Source: Candidatus Methanoperedens sp.
Lineage (GTDB): Archaea; Halobacteriota; Methanosarcinia; Methanosarcinales; Methanoperedenaceae
Direction of reading: 5' to 3'
Length of the DNA: 32,000 nt
Assembly: GCA_026552975.1 (NCBI GenBank)
Contig: JAPMTR010000074.1
Location: forward strand, 6,313 to 38,312
Under the pieces are notes generated by a model. That model had not been told where the DNA came from. It ran no database searches and saw only the letters and a list, made by a program, of their open reading frames with translations. Numbering within the stretch: position 1 is the first letter of the stretch; every line of letters starts with the position of its first letter. This document shows, one piece after another, positions 23,847 to 32,000 of the stretch. Both the position numbers and the translations under genes were made by a program.

Positions 23847-25697
23847 ATGGTCATTGCTGATGAACTTGCAAAAAAGCAAAAGGCCATTAGTATCGCTGAA
23901 TTCTTCGAAAAGAACAGGCAGATACTTGGTTTTGATTCAGGAACAAGAAGCCTGTTAACTTCAGTCAAGGAAGCGGTAGACAACTCCCTGGATGCATGCG
24001 AAGAGTCAGGGATCCTTCCGGATATTTTTATTAAGCTTGAAAATACATCAAAAACGAATTTAACTCTCATCGTCGAGGATAATGGTCCCGGGATAGTCAG
24101 AGAACAGATCCCCAGGGTTTTTGCAAAATTACTCTATGGCTCACGTTTTCATGCTGTCAAGCAAAGCCGCGGCCAGCAGGGCATAGGTATTTCAGCAACT
24201 GTTCTTTATTCACAGTTGACTTCCGGAAGGCCGGTAAAGATCATTTCCAAGATCGACCGGGATGCTCCTGCTCATTATTTTGAGCTTCTTATAAACACCC
24301 AGACCAATGAACCTGAGATACTAAAAGATAAGATCGTAGAATGGGACAGGCTGAGGGGAACGCGAATTGAACTTGAGATGGAAGCTTCATATGCAAAAGG
24401 GCGCAGGCAATCGGTCTATGAATACCTGAAAGATACTGCGATCGTAAATCCCCATGCCAGGATCACTTTTATCGAGCCTGATAACAACCAGGTGATCTTT
24501 GATCGAGCCACCGACAAACAACCTTTGCAGGCTGTTGAGATCTTACCGCATCCACATGGCATTGAACTGGGAACGCTTATGAAGATGCTTCGGTATAGCG
24601 AAAGCGACAAACTCGAATCATTCCTTCGAACCTCCTTTTCAAGAATTGGTGCAAAGACAGCAATCGATATCTGCACAAAAGCAGGCATAAGCCCCGAAAC
24701 CGACCCAAAAAATATTGCACTTGATGAAGCAAAGAGGCTTCATGAAGCATTCAAAAGAGCAAAGATACTGGCGCCTTCCACGGATTGTCTCTCTCCCATA
24801 ACTGAGGAGCTTATCCGAAAAGGTGTTGGGAAAGAACATATTGTGGATTTCATTGAGACCACCACCCGTCCTGCTTCGGTGCATAATGGTCATCCTTTCC
24901 TTGTGGAAGCTGGAATTGCTTACGGCGGGAAGCTTTCCAAAGAAGACAAAGTGGAAATTCTTCGGTTTGCAAATCGCGTACCTCTTCTCTACCAGCAGGG
25001 AGCATGTGCAATAACGCATGCTATTGAGAATCTTAGCTGGAGGACGTATTCATTAAACCAGCCAGGGGGTTCAATCCCTATCGGCCCTGCGATAATATTG
25101 GTGCATGTGGCATCAACGCATATTCCTTTTACTTCAGAATCAAAAGAAGCCATCGCCGATGTCCCTGAGATCATAGCAGAGGTGGAACTTGCTCTTAAGG
25201 ACGTGGCGCGCCGGCTTAAGCTGTACCTTTCAAGGCAGGATAATCTTGAAAAGAGGCGTGAAAAAGAAGAAGTCATCAATGTGCTCCTCCCGCGCATTGC
25301 AAAAAAAGTGGGGGAAATACTTGAGCGTCCAACTCCTGATATTGGACCGATCGTTGCAAAAATTATGAAGAATGTATTCTGCCAGCGCGTTATAAACCAA
25401 AATGGGAATGGCTGTGAAGTGGAGATACGCTTGAAGAACCACGGCGACTCAACACATCATTTCAATGTGCATGAGTCACTTCCATGCTCGATAGGATCAC
25501 CAAGCCCTGCGCCTAAAATTATCCCAGTGGGAACGCAGATCGATCATGTATGGAAGATCTCTCTTAAGCCGGGTGAGCAAAAGGCCATTATGTATCAAAT
25601 AGAAATGAACGCGGATGAAGCTGCAAAACTCCCGCAGCTTGTGGTTGAAGGAATAGAGAGTGAACTTATAACAGGGGCAAAGGCAGTGAATGTATGA
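23847..25697 (+). CDS. top6B: DNA topoisomerase VI subunit B
   Basis: 616 aa. GHKL/Bergerat ATPase motifs ([23 protein letters not shown]) plus the transducer domain. It overlaps top6A by 4 nt. Confidence 0.95.
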   Translation: MVIADELAKKQKAISIAEFFEKNRQILGFDSGTRSLLTSVKEAVDNSLDACEESGILPDIFIKLENTSKTNLTLIVEDNGPGIVREQIPRVFAKLLYGSRFHAVKQSRGQQGIGISATVLYSQLTSGRPVKIISKIDRDAPAHYFELLINTQTNEPEILKDKIVEWDRLRGTRIELEMEASYAKGRRQSVYEYLKDTAIVNPHARITFIEPDNNQVIFDRATDKQPLQAVEILPHPHGIELGTLMKMLRYSESDKLESFLRTSFSRIGAKTAIDICTKAGISPETDPKNIALDEAKRLHEAFKRAKILAPSTDCLSPITEELIRKGVGKEHIVDFIETTTRPASVHNGHPFLVEAGIAYGGKLSKEDKVEILRFANRVPLLYQQGACAITHAIENLSWRTYSLNQPGGSIPIGPAIILVHVASTHIPFTSESKEAIADVPEIIAEVELALKDVARRLKLYLSRQDNLEKRREKEEVINVLLPRIAKKVGEILERPTPDIGPIVAKIMKNVFCQRVINQNGNGCEVEIRLKNHGDSTHHFNVHESLPCSIGSPSPAPKIIPVGTQIDHVWKISLKPGEQKAIMYQIEMNADEAAKLPQLVVEGIESELITGAKAVNV

Positions 25698-26803
25698 ATG
25701 AAACTGAGTTAACAAATAAGCAGATACGCGATTCCCTCTCAAAGACAACTCTTAAGAAACTGATCTATGATTTCTATGATCAATTCGAGAGTGAGACCAT
25801 ACCTCATATTACATTGCCTTCGCGCACCAAGAAGAACATCGAATTGAACACTGACAGCGATGTGTGGGTCTATGGCGACAGCGAAAGCATGCGAAGCGCA
25901 AAAACCGTAAAAGGCGCAACTCAGCTTCTTAAGACTTCGCATGTTGTGGAACTCCTGATGAAAGGGCATCTTGACCAGAACAGAAGTTCGACCCTGAGAG
26001 AATTGTATTATATCAGCGAGAACTGGGATATCGCAAAATTCAATGAACAATCCGAAAGCGACCACCTGATAGAAGATCTTGAGATAATAACCGGATTGCA
26101 ACGAGAGGATTTCCATGTGCGACCAGAAGAAAATGGCGCGACATTGTACGGCCCTATCAAGATCAAGGAATTGACAAAGCGCGGCGATCGTACCATGCAC
26201 TGCCAGGATGAGGTTGGCGAGGCAGGATACCAGATACCTTATAACGTGGAGACTATAAAATTCGTGGAGCATGATGCGAAATTCATTATCGCCATTGAAA
26301 CAGGCGGTATGCAGGACAGGCTTATCGAGAACGGATTTGATGAAAAATATGATGCCATCCTCGTTCATCTAAAAGGCCAGCCAGCACGAAGCACAAGGCG
26401 CATCATAAAACGAATGAACGAAGAACTCAAGCTTCCCGTTGTTGTTTTTACAGACGGTGACCCCTGGAGCTTCCGTATTTATGCAAGCGTAGCCTATGGC
26501 GCCATCAAGAGCGCACACCTCTCCGAGTTCATGGCAACTCCTGCCGCCAAATTCATCGGTGTGCAGGCAACGGATATCGTTGAATATGAACTTTCAACGG
26601 ACAAGCTCAATGATCAGGACATCAAGGCGCTTGAGAGCGAGCTTACAGATCCAAGATTTGATACGCCGTACTGGAAAGACCAGATAAACCTGATGCTAAA
26701 GATCGGGAAGAAAGCTGAGCAGCAGGCTTTCGCGGGGAAGGGCCTGGATTATGTTACGGATAAGTATTTGCCTGAGAGGTTGACAGAGATGGGAGTGATT
26801 TGA
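25694..26803 (+). CDS. top6A: DNA topoisomerase VI subunit A (Spo11 homologue)
   Basis: 369 aa. The catalytic Tyr region is [10 protein letters not shown]. Toprim motifs IAIETGGM and [12 protein letters not shown] are present. Confidence 0.95.
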   Translation: MNETELTNKQIRDSLSKTTLKKLIYDFYDQFESETIPHITLPSRTKKNIELNTDSDVWVYGDSESMRSAKTVKGATQLLKTSHVVELLMKGHLDQNRSSTLRELYYISENWDIAKFNEQSESDHLIEDLEIITGLQREDFHVRPEENGATLYGPIKIKELTKRGDRTMHCQDEVGEAGYQIPYNVETIKFVEHDAKFIIAIETGGMQDRLIENGFDEKYDAILVHLKGQPARSTRRIIKRMNEELKLPVVVFTDGDPWSFRIYASVAYGAIKSAHLSEFMATPAAKFIGVQATDIVEYELSTDKLNDQDIKALESELTDPRFDTPYWKDQINLMLKIGKKAEQQAFAGKGLDYVTDKYLPERLTEMGVI

Positions 26804-27224
26804 TCGCAAAAAGGCTTTCTGCCGCAATGATCGCGTTCTCGCGTCTGGCAGGATACACTTTTAGCTTGATTTTCGCAATGATCGCATCCGATGTTGTTGC
26901 GATCCTGACTTTTCCCCCGAAGGCTGCCTGTTTATCGAATCGTATATGAAAACAACATTCATCATCGATTCGCTCGCAGCGTTCCTTTTTTAGTGCCTCA
27001 AGTTCAGTTATATTAAGGTTTGACTTTACAACCTCCATAAAACGAGCAATGTCCTTTCCCCTGTTCCTTCCCTCAAGAATAATTATTGGATTCCCGAAAT
27101 GACCTTCAGTTAGCGTTGCCTTTGTCTCATTATTAAAAAGAAATAGTGACAGGGCGGTTTTCACCCTGTCATCACTTTCAGTCGCAGCAACGATAGCGCG
27201 AAAAGTGATATGATGTACGTTCAT
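26754..27224 (-). CDS. predicted RNA-binding protein (COG1931-like family, from memory) co-transcribed with L15e
   Basis: 156 aa. [23 protein letters not shown] fits the v.a.v.pTEd.ekV..Al..lF N-terminal pattern of this archaeal family. The start overlaps the L15e stop by 4 nt. The 3' end overlaps the top6A 3' end by 50 nt. Confidence 0.6.
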   Translation of the reverse strand: MNVHHITFRAIVAATESDDRVKTALSLFLFNNETKATLTEGHFGNPIIILEGRNRGKDIARFMEVVKSNLNITELEALKKERCERIDDECCFHIRFDKQAAFGGKVRIATTSDAIIAKIKLKVYPARRENAIIAAESLFAIKSLPSLSTSQANTYP

Positions 27225-27808
27225 TTGCCAGTATTATTATGTGAACGCAGACTTGGTCTTGTCTTTTCAGTTCCTTTGCCTTTTCGTCTCTGGCCTCTGC
27301 CTTTTCTTCCTGCGCTGGTCTTACCCCTGTAAACTCTTCCTTTCTGGGTATTACTGCATATCCATTTCAGGTTCTTGTCACTTTTTATTGAAGGGTGGTT
27401 TGGATCAACTACTATGACTTCATACCATTTGTGTTTTCCGTCCTGTCCGACCCAGTAGCTGTTCAATACCTGCATATTCGGGTATCTGCGGGCAACACGT
27501 TCCTCGCCAATACTCTGGATGCTCTTGCCGGGTGTGATCTTGTTAACGCCCATGTGCTTTGTTCTTCTACCGCGCTGCCATCTTGATTTACGCCTGCCGC
27601 CTCTTCTTATTCTAACTCTGGCAACAACTATTCCCTGTTTTGCCTTAAAACCAAGTGACCTTGCACGGTCAAGTCTGGTAGGATGTTCGACCCTTGTTAC
27701 GAAAGGTTCTCGCCTCCATACCTGCATTCGTTCCCATTGTAATTCGCCGACCTGGGATTCGTCGGGTTTCTTCCATGCGTCTCTGATATACGCATACATT
27801 GATTTCAT
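27221..27808 (-). CDS. rpl15e: 50S ribosomal protein L15e
   Basis: The track ORF extends to 27853, but [15 protein letters not shown] from ATG 27808 gives the canonical ~195 aa with GGAG 5 nt upstream. Motifs: [14 protein letters not shown](F/Y)[16 protein letters not shown]. Confidence 0.95.
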   Translation of the reverse strand: MKSMYAYIRDAWKKPDESQVGELQWERMQVWRREPFVTRVEHPTRLDRARSLGFKAKQGIVVARVRIRRGGRRKSRWQRGRRTKHMGVNKITPGKSIQSIGEERVARRYPNMQVLNSYWVGQDGKHKWYEVIVVDPNHPSIKSDKNLKWICSNTQKGRVYRGKTSAGRKGRGQRRKGKGTEKTRPSLRSHNNTGK

Positions 27809-28054
27809 TGTGTTCTCCTGTTTAGTTTTACGGTTCAGCCTTGATAAGGCCACATCCCTGCGGGATCAACACCAAAAAGGTGCACATCCCACCAATTGTT
27901 TGTAAACAAACGGCTAAATGAAACCATGTCTTATTATACCTTTCTACGCACATTCGCATCACTCCATGTGGGAAATTTATAATATCAAACAGCAAAAGGT
28001 AAATACATTGTGTTCTAATTTAAGCCAATCTTAAATAGTCGATAGGAGATCCCC

Positions 28055-29008
28055 ATGAATTTAATCAATGAAAAAGTGATTGACTCTTATGTTAAAAACT
28101 TTAATTTCAAACAAATGTTAATTTATCCCGTGATTTTGCTTATTGTGTCGCTTTTGATCCTGGCTTACACTTCTTTTTTTGTACAGGGTACGATTACTGA
28201 CCCGGGATCTCCAGTTGAACTGGGAATGGAATTCCAGGGAGGGATGGCAATGATCTTTGATAGCACAAAGACTCCTGACCAGCTAAAACAGGACTTTTCA
28301 GCATATCCAGTAATCCAGGCAAGAGGGTATGGAGGAGACAGGAAATTGGTCCAGTTCGGACCTATGACAGATTCAGCACTTACTGAAGTTACTGATAAAA
28401 TCAATTCAGAATATACCAATGTTGAGATCAGGCAAATGGGAGAAGTGGTCAGTAAATCATTGCAGGGACAGGCTCTTAAGGCCATATTGTTCTCGTTCCT
28501 GGGAATGGCTATCGTTGTCTTCTTAATATTCAAAACATTCGTTCCATCTGTTGCTGTTGTCGTTTCAGCGTTTGCAGATATCGCTTTTGCACTGGCGATG
28601 ATGGATGTGTTCGGCATAGCATTATCTATGGGTACTGTTGCTGCCCTTCTGATGCTGATTGGTTATTCTGTTGATACTGACATCCTTTTAACAACGCGTC
28701 TTCTCAAACGCAAAGGAGAATTGAACGATAAGATAAAAGACGCCATGAAAACTGGTATGACCATGACAATTACAACTCTTGCGGCACTTACAGCGTTATT
28801 CCTGGTTTCATCAGGTTCGTATCTTTTTTCGTCATTCACACGAATTGACATAATCAGAGATGTTTCCATAGTGCTCATTTTTGGTTTGATCGCTGACATA
28901 ATAAATACCTGGATGACAAATCTTGGTATCCTGAAATGGTACATGGAAAAATACAAACCTTCTGAAAAAAGAATAGAAACACCTAAAAAGAGGAGACAGG
29001 CAACATGA
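28055..29008 (+). CDS. secF: protein-export membrane protein SecF
   Basis: 317 aa. TM1, an external loop, then five clustered TM helices with GYSVDTDILLTTRLL. It overlaps the downstream secD start by 4 nt, the archaeal secF-secD order. Confidence 0.85.
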   Translation: MNLINEKVIDSYVKNFNFKQMLIYPVILLIVSLLILAYTSFFVQGTITDPGSPVELGMEFQGGMAMIFDSTKTPDQLKQDFSAYPVIQARGYGGDRKLVQFGPMTDSALTEVTDKINSEYTNVEIRQMGEVVSKSLQGQALKAILFSFLGMAIVVFLIFKTFVPSVAVVVSAFADIAFALAMMDVFGIALSMGTVAALLMLIGYSVDTDILLTTRLLKRKGELNDKIKDAMKTGMTMTITTLAALTALFLVSSGSYLFSSFTRIDIIRDVSIVLIFGLIADIINTWMTNLGILKWYMEKYKPSEKRIETPKKRRQAT

Positions 29009-30669
29009 ATGATGAAATTTCTTTTTATAAGAAGCCTCGAGTTCTTTTAGTGTTATTAGTACTCCTGGGTTCAATTCTTGTAATGACCGTTTCTTATAAG
29101 AACGGTGAAATTAACGTTGGTAGCAACCTGAACTATGGTATTGATATCCAGGGTGGGTCCTGGCTCCAGTTGCAGCTCCAGGGAGCTATTGCCCAGGTAA
29201 CTGCAGATGAAGCAAAGATCATCCAGAGCGAGTTCATAAAATTGCTCAATGACCCGACTATCAAAATAGAAGAGACTACTTATAATTCAATTACTTTTAC
29301 CACCTCCAAACAAACCACCCAGAAAACAATAGATAACTTTGGATTCGGAAAAGCCACTATAACCCAGGCTCCTGACGGTGGTACAAGGATCTCACTTGCG
29401 ACGAACAGGGAATTTGCTATCCAGAGATATCTTGAGAATAATCTTAAAGCGGAAATTGTGAGGATCCCCGGTAACCAGCTTACATTTGAAATAAGAAAAA
29501 CTGTCACCGAAGATGAGTTGAATATACTCCTCAAACCAGTCGACGGAAGAGTAATTCCACCATTCACGGTGGGTGTGTCAGCACAAACAAGGGATGAAAC
29601 AAAAAAGATCCTTGAAACAAAACTTAACAGTCTGGGATTAAAGGAAATTCCTATCAGGACGATAGGTAATAACTATCTTCTAATAGATCTTGCCGGAGTA
29701 GATATAAACACGGCACGAGATATCGCATCAAAACCCGGTAAATTCGAAATACGCATACAGGTGACCGGAAATGAAACCGAACATGTTCTTTATGGCACTG
29801 ATATAACTCCAGGCTTGCCTGAAAAAGATAAGGATGTATGGGGTGTATCATTTGTCCTCAGTGAAGCAGGCGCAGCGGCTCTTCGTGATGCTGCAATACA
29901 ATATGGTGCGGTCACAGCCCCTTCCTCACATAATTTGATAATGACCCTTGACGAAAATGTAGTATTTGATGCTCCATTGTCTCCTGATCTTGCCAGGAAT
30001 ATCCAGAGCGTTCCTGTGAAAAACCTTGTAGCTACAACAGGAGCAGGGGACGAAGGACAACAAAAGGCAAATCAGCTTCAGATCCACTTAAGAGCTGGAG
30101 CGCTTCCTGTAAAAGTAGATGTTCTTGGTGCGGGGCAGGTTTCTGCAGAACTGGGCTCAAAGTTCAAATCACAGGTATTGATCGCAGGAATAATTGCCCT
30201 GATCCTTGTTGCAATTGTTGTTTCATTGAGATACAAACAGCCTAATATCGTTATCCCGATGCTTGCAACATCCTTTAGCGAAGTCATTATGATCCTTGGC
30301 TTTACGACCCTGGTTGGTTTCCAGCTTGACCTGCCCACAATTACAGGAATAATCGCGGTCATAGGTACGGGTATTGACCACCTGATTATAATTACCGATG
30401 AAGTGCTCGCAGGAGGGGCAATGCCACCTGATAAAGTCTATAAATCACGACTAACCAAGGCGTTCACTATTATATTCTCAGCTGCAGCAACAGTACTCGT
30501 GGCTATGTCACCATTACTTATCATGGGTTTTGGAGCTCTCCGGGGATTTGCAGTGATAACAATAGTGGGCGTACTTATCGGAGTATTCATAGCAAGACCC
30601 GCATATGCTGAAGTAATTCAGAGCATGCTTGTTGAAGATACAAGCAAGAAATTCGCAGAAGATGATTAA
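29005..30669 (+). CDS. secD: protein-export membrane protein SecD
   Basis: 554 aa. TM1, an external domain of about 360 aa, then a C-terminal six-TM bundle (GIIAVIGTGIDHLIIITDE). Paired with secF. Confidence 0.85.
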   Translation: MNDEISFYKKPRVLLVLLVLLGSILVMTVSYKNGEINVGSNLNYGIDIQGGSWLQLQLQGAIAQVTADEAKIIQSEFIKLLNDPTIKIEETTYNSITFTTSKQTTQKTIDNFGFGKATITQAPDGGTRISLATNREFAIQRYLENNLKAEIVRIPGNQLTFEIRKTVTEDELNILLKPVDGRVIPPFTVGVSAQTRDETKKILETKLNSLGLKEIPIRTIGNNYLLIDLAGVDINTARDIASKPGKFEIRIQVTGNETEHVLYGTDITPGLPEKDKDVWGVSFVLSEAGAAALRDAAIQYGAVTAPSSHNLIMTLDENVVFDAPLSPDLARNIQSVPVKNLVATTGAGDEGQQKANQLQIHLRAGALPVKVDVLGAGQVSAELGSKFKSQVLIAGIIALILVAIVVSLRYKQPNIVIPMLATSFSEVIMILGFTTLVGFQLDLPTITGIIAVIGTGIDHLIIITDEVLAGGAMPPDKVYKSRLTKAFTIIFSAAATVLVAMSPLLIMGFGALRGFAVITIVGVLIGVFIARPAYAEVIQSMLVEDTSKKFAEDD

Positions 30670-30685
30670 ACATAAAAAAAAAGCA

Positions 30686-30748
30686 ACGAACAACAACGAA
30701 CTCACACTACCGGAGTTCGTTGTTGTTCGTACAAGTTCGTTGTTTTTT
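30686..30748. terminator. 18-bp perfect stem-loop with flanking A9 and T6 runs between convergent genes, plus a third repeat arm
   Basis: acgaacaacaacgaactc (30686-30703) and gagttcgttgttgttcgt (30713-30730) are exact reverse complements with a 9-nt loop. A9 lies at 30674-30682. The 11-mer agttcgttgtt recurs at 30734-30744 and runs into T6 (30743-30748). Confidence 0.65.
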
Positions 30749-30771
30749 CGTGTTAATGCGAATATTTGGAA

Positions 30772-31065
30772 CTATATACTCGCCAGGACTTTAACAAGAG
30801 GATGAACTGACTCTTTATTTATTAAGGGTATGTTTATCCCGGTATTGAAAGCAATTTTCGAACTTTTTCTTACTTTACTTGATTCCTTTAGCGTCGTAAG
30901 AACATCTTTTGCTTTATGGGAATAATATTCCTCTTCGCATTCGCAACATTTTACATATGGCTGGGAACCTTTATCTACAAAAATATGGAAATAGAAATTT
31001 TTTAGATCATCATTCCCGCATATTTCACAGGGAACAAATTCTTGTATTACTTCTCGAACTTTCAT
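30772..31065 (-). CDS. small zinc-ribbon protein (hypothetical)
   Basis: The track ORF reaches 31137 through an implausible I/Y/N-rich leader. MKVREVIQEFVPCEICGND...VKCCECEEEYY from ATG 31065 gives 97 aa with a CxxC...CxxC pair. Confidence 0.5.
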   Translation of the reverse strand: MKVREVIQEFVPCEICGNDDLKNFYFHIFVDKGSQPYVKCCECEEEYYSHKAKDVLTTLKESSKVRKSSKIAFNTGINIPLINKESVHPLVKVLASI

Positions 31066-31266
31066 AATAATCCTCAATAATTGATGGTTCTTCCTGGTAT
31101 ATATAATTATCACAGTGTTAATATAAATAATTATCATAATTATTAAGCTAATGATTATGAATTATCAAACAAGATTTGATGGACTCCTAGAAATATCGTT
31201 ATTAAGGAATTCAGCACAAGAGTATAAATCATTATACAAATAATCCTGTAAGTGCAAGGTAATTAT

Positions 31267-32000
31267 ATGAGAACAAAAGTCATAATAATGGGCGCTGCGG
31301 GGCGTGACTTTCATAATTTTAATGTTTTTTTCAGGAATGATGACAATTATGAAGTAGTGGGATTCACTGCTGCGCAAATACCCGGTATTGAAAGGCGTTC
31401 TTATCCGAAGCAGCTTGCAGGTTTTCTATATAAAAAGGACATTCCAATATATCCGGAAGAAAGCTTGCCAACACTCATTAAAGAGCACGGAATAAACCAG
31501 GTGATACTTGCATATTCTGATCTCTCGCACGAGACGGTTATGCAAAAAGCTTCCCTTGTTCTTGCAGCAGGCGCTGATTTTCGCCTGATGGGGACACAAA
31601 GTACTATGCTCAAGTCAAAAAAACCTGTGTTCTCGGTATGCGCGGTTCGAACCGGTGCCGGAAAAAGTCCCACATCGCAAAGACTCGTTGATGTGTTAAT
31701 GGAAAAGGGGTTCAGAGTAGTTGTTGTGCGCCACCCCATGCCTTATGGAAACCTGGTCAAACAGGAATGCCAGAGGTTTGCAGTGATGGATGATTGTATT
31801 GAGAACGAATGCACGATCGAAGAACGTGAGGAGTATGAACCGTATATCTGCTGTGGAACAGTAGTTTACAGCGGTGTGGATTTTGAAAAAATACTCAAAG
31901 AAGCAGAAAAGGAAGCTGATATCATTATCTGGGACGGGGGGAACAATGACATTCCTTTCTATAAACCGGATCTTCATATCGTGATCGCAGATCCGCACAG
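31267..32000 (+). CDS. COG2403-like P-loop protein (predicted GTPase / cyclic 2,3-diphosphoglycerate synthetase-like), 3' end beyond the window
   Basis: Open-ended ORF absent from the track. Own translation: MRTKVIIMGAAGRDFHNFNVFFRNDDNYEVVGFTAAQIPGIERRSYP...CAVRTGAGKSPTSQ...VVVRHPMPYG...CTIEEREEYEP...IIIWDGGNND. Walker A is GAGKS. The pattern matches this family as I remember it. Confidence 0.75.
   Translation, partial: MRTKVIIMGAAGRDFHNFNVFFRNDDNYEVVGFTAAQIPGIERRSYPKQLAGFLYKKDIPIYPEESLPTLIKEHGINQVILAYSDLSHETVMQKASLVLAAGADFRLMGTQSTMLKSKKPVFSVCAVRTGAGKSPTSQRLVDVLMEKGFRVVVVRHPMPYGNLVKQECQRFAVMDDCIENECTIEEREEYEPYICCGTVVYSGVDFEKILKEAEKEADIIIWDGGNNDIPFYKPDLHIVIADPH

Noticed and set aside
25739-26368. 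209-aa minus-strand ORF inside top6A
   Set aside because: It is antisense to a gene with catalytic Tyr and Toprim motifs. It has no recognisable domain.
27809-27853. N-terminal 15-codon extension of L15e ([15 protein letters not shown]) given by the track
   Set aside because: Canonical L15e begins [15 protein letters not shown]. ATG 27808 has a GGAG 5 nt upstream and yields the expected ~195 aa.
28165-28956. Minus-strand ORFs (150 and 97 aa) inside secF
   Set aside because: They are antisense shadows. The plus frame gives the expected SecF topology and is coupled to secD.
31165-31998. Three minus-strand ORFs (70, 112 and 100 aa) at the right edge
   Set aside because: 31401..31739 and 31696..31998 lie antisense to the open-ended plus-strand COG2403-like gene (31267..32000), which has a Walker A motif and a long family-typical sequence. 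31165..31377 overlaps its 5' end and the AT-rich gap before it, and has no features of its own.
1-32000. Search for tRNA, rRNA, CRISPR arrays, transposases or integrases
   Set aside because: No GC-rich cloverleaf-like intergenic segment was seen. There is no short-repeat/spacer array. No ORF carries DDE, tyrosine-recombinase or serine-recombinase motifs that I could recognise. The only mobile-type relic is the VapBC remnant.

Overview
Archaeal (euryarchaeal) chromosomal window with about 27 protein genes, two of them open at the window edges and therefore missing from the ORF track. All calls rest on motif recognition by eye; no database search was possible.

Recognisable core blocks:
- fwdD-fwdB-fwdA-fwdC formylmethanofuran dehydrogenase operon (15921 to 11774, minus strand, overlapping start/stop codons).
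- AglB/STT3 oligosaccharyltransferase (WWDYG motif). It bounds a visibly AT-rich cell-envelope island (4366-11691) that also holds a GT-C-like polytopic membrane protein and a four-gene cassette ending in a lipoprotein built from 11-12 tandem repeats of about 39 aa.
- XPD/Rad3-family helicase, small TRAM-domain protein, Pol-beta-type nucleotidyltransferase and DnaJ.
- Stand-alone Lrp/AsnC RAM-domain protein followed by topoisomerase VI subunits B and A.
- Ribosomal protein L15e plus a COG1931-like RNA-binding protein.
- secF-secD.
- A zinc-ribbon protein and the 5' part of a COG2403-like P-loop gene.

The most unusual content is two separate loci of exported multihaem c-type cytochromes.
- Locus 1 (1-3522, minus strand): a pentahaem protein, a hexahaem protein, an unclassifiable membrane-anchored 153-aa protein ending HCWQCEE, and a tetra(+)haem paralogue. 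A triplicated composite DNA motif lies upstream.
- Locus 2 (21533-23517, plus strand): a pentahaem cytochrome with a helical stalk and a PGF-CTERM archaeosortase signal, followed by an N-terminally anchored NapC/NirT-like cytochrome with 13 haem motifs, the first an atypical CX3CH.

Finding a fwd operon alongside many exported multihaem cytochromes suggests a Methanosarcinales lineage of ANME-2/Methanoperedens type or a cytochrome-rich methanogen; this is inference only. A decayed VapBC-like toxin-antitoxin remnant sits at 3889-4262. Several strong stem-loops lie at convergent gene ends. I recognised no rRNA, tRNA, CRISPR array or transposase.
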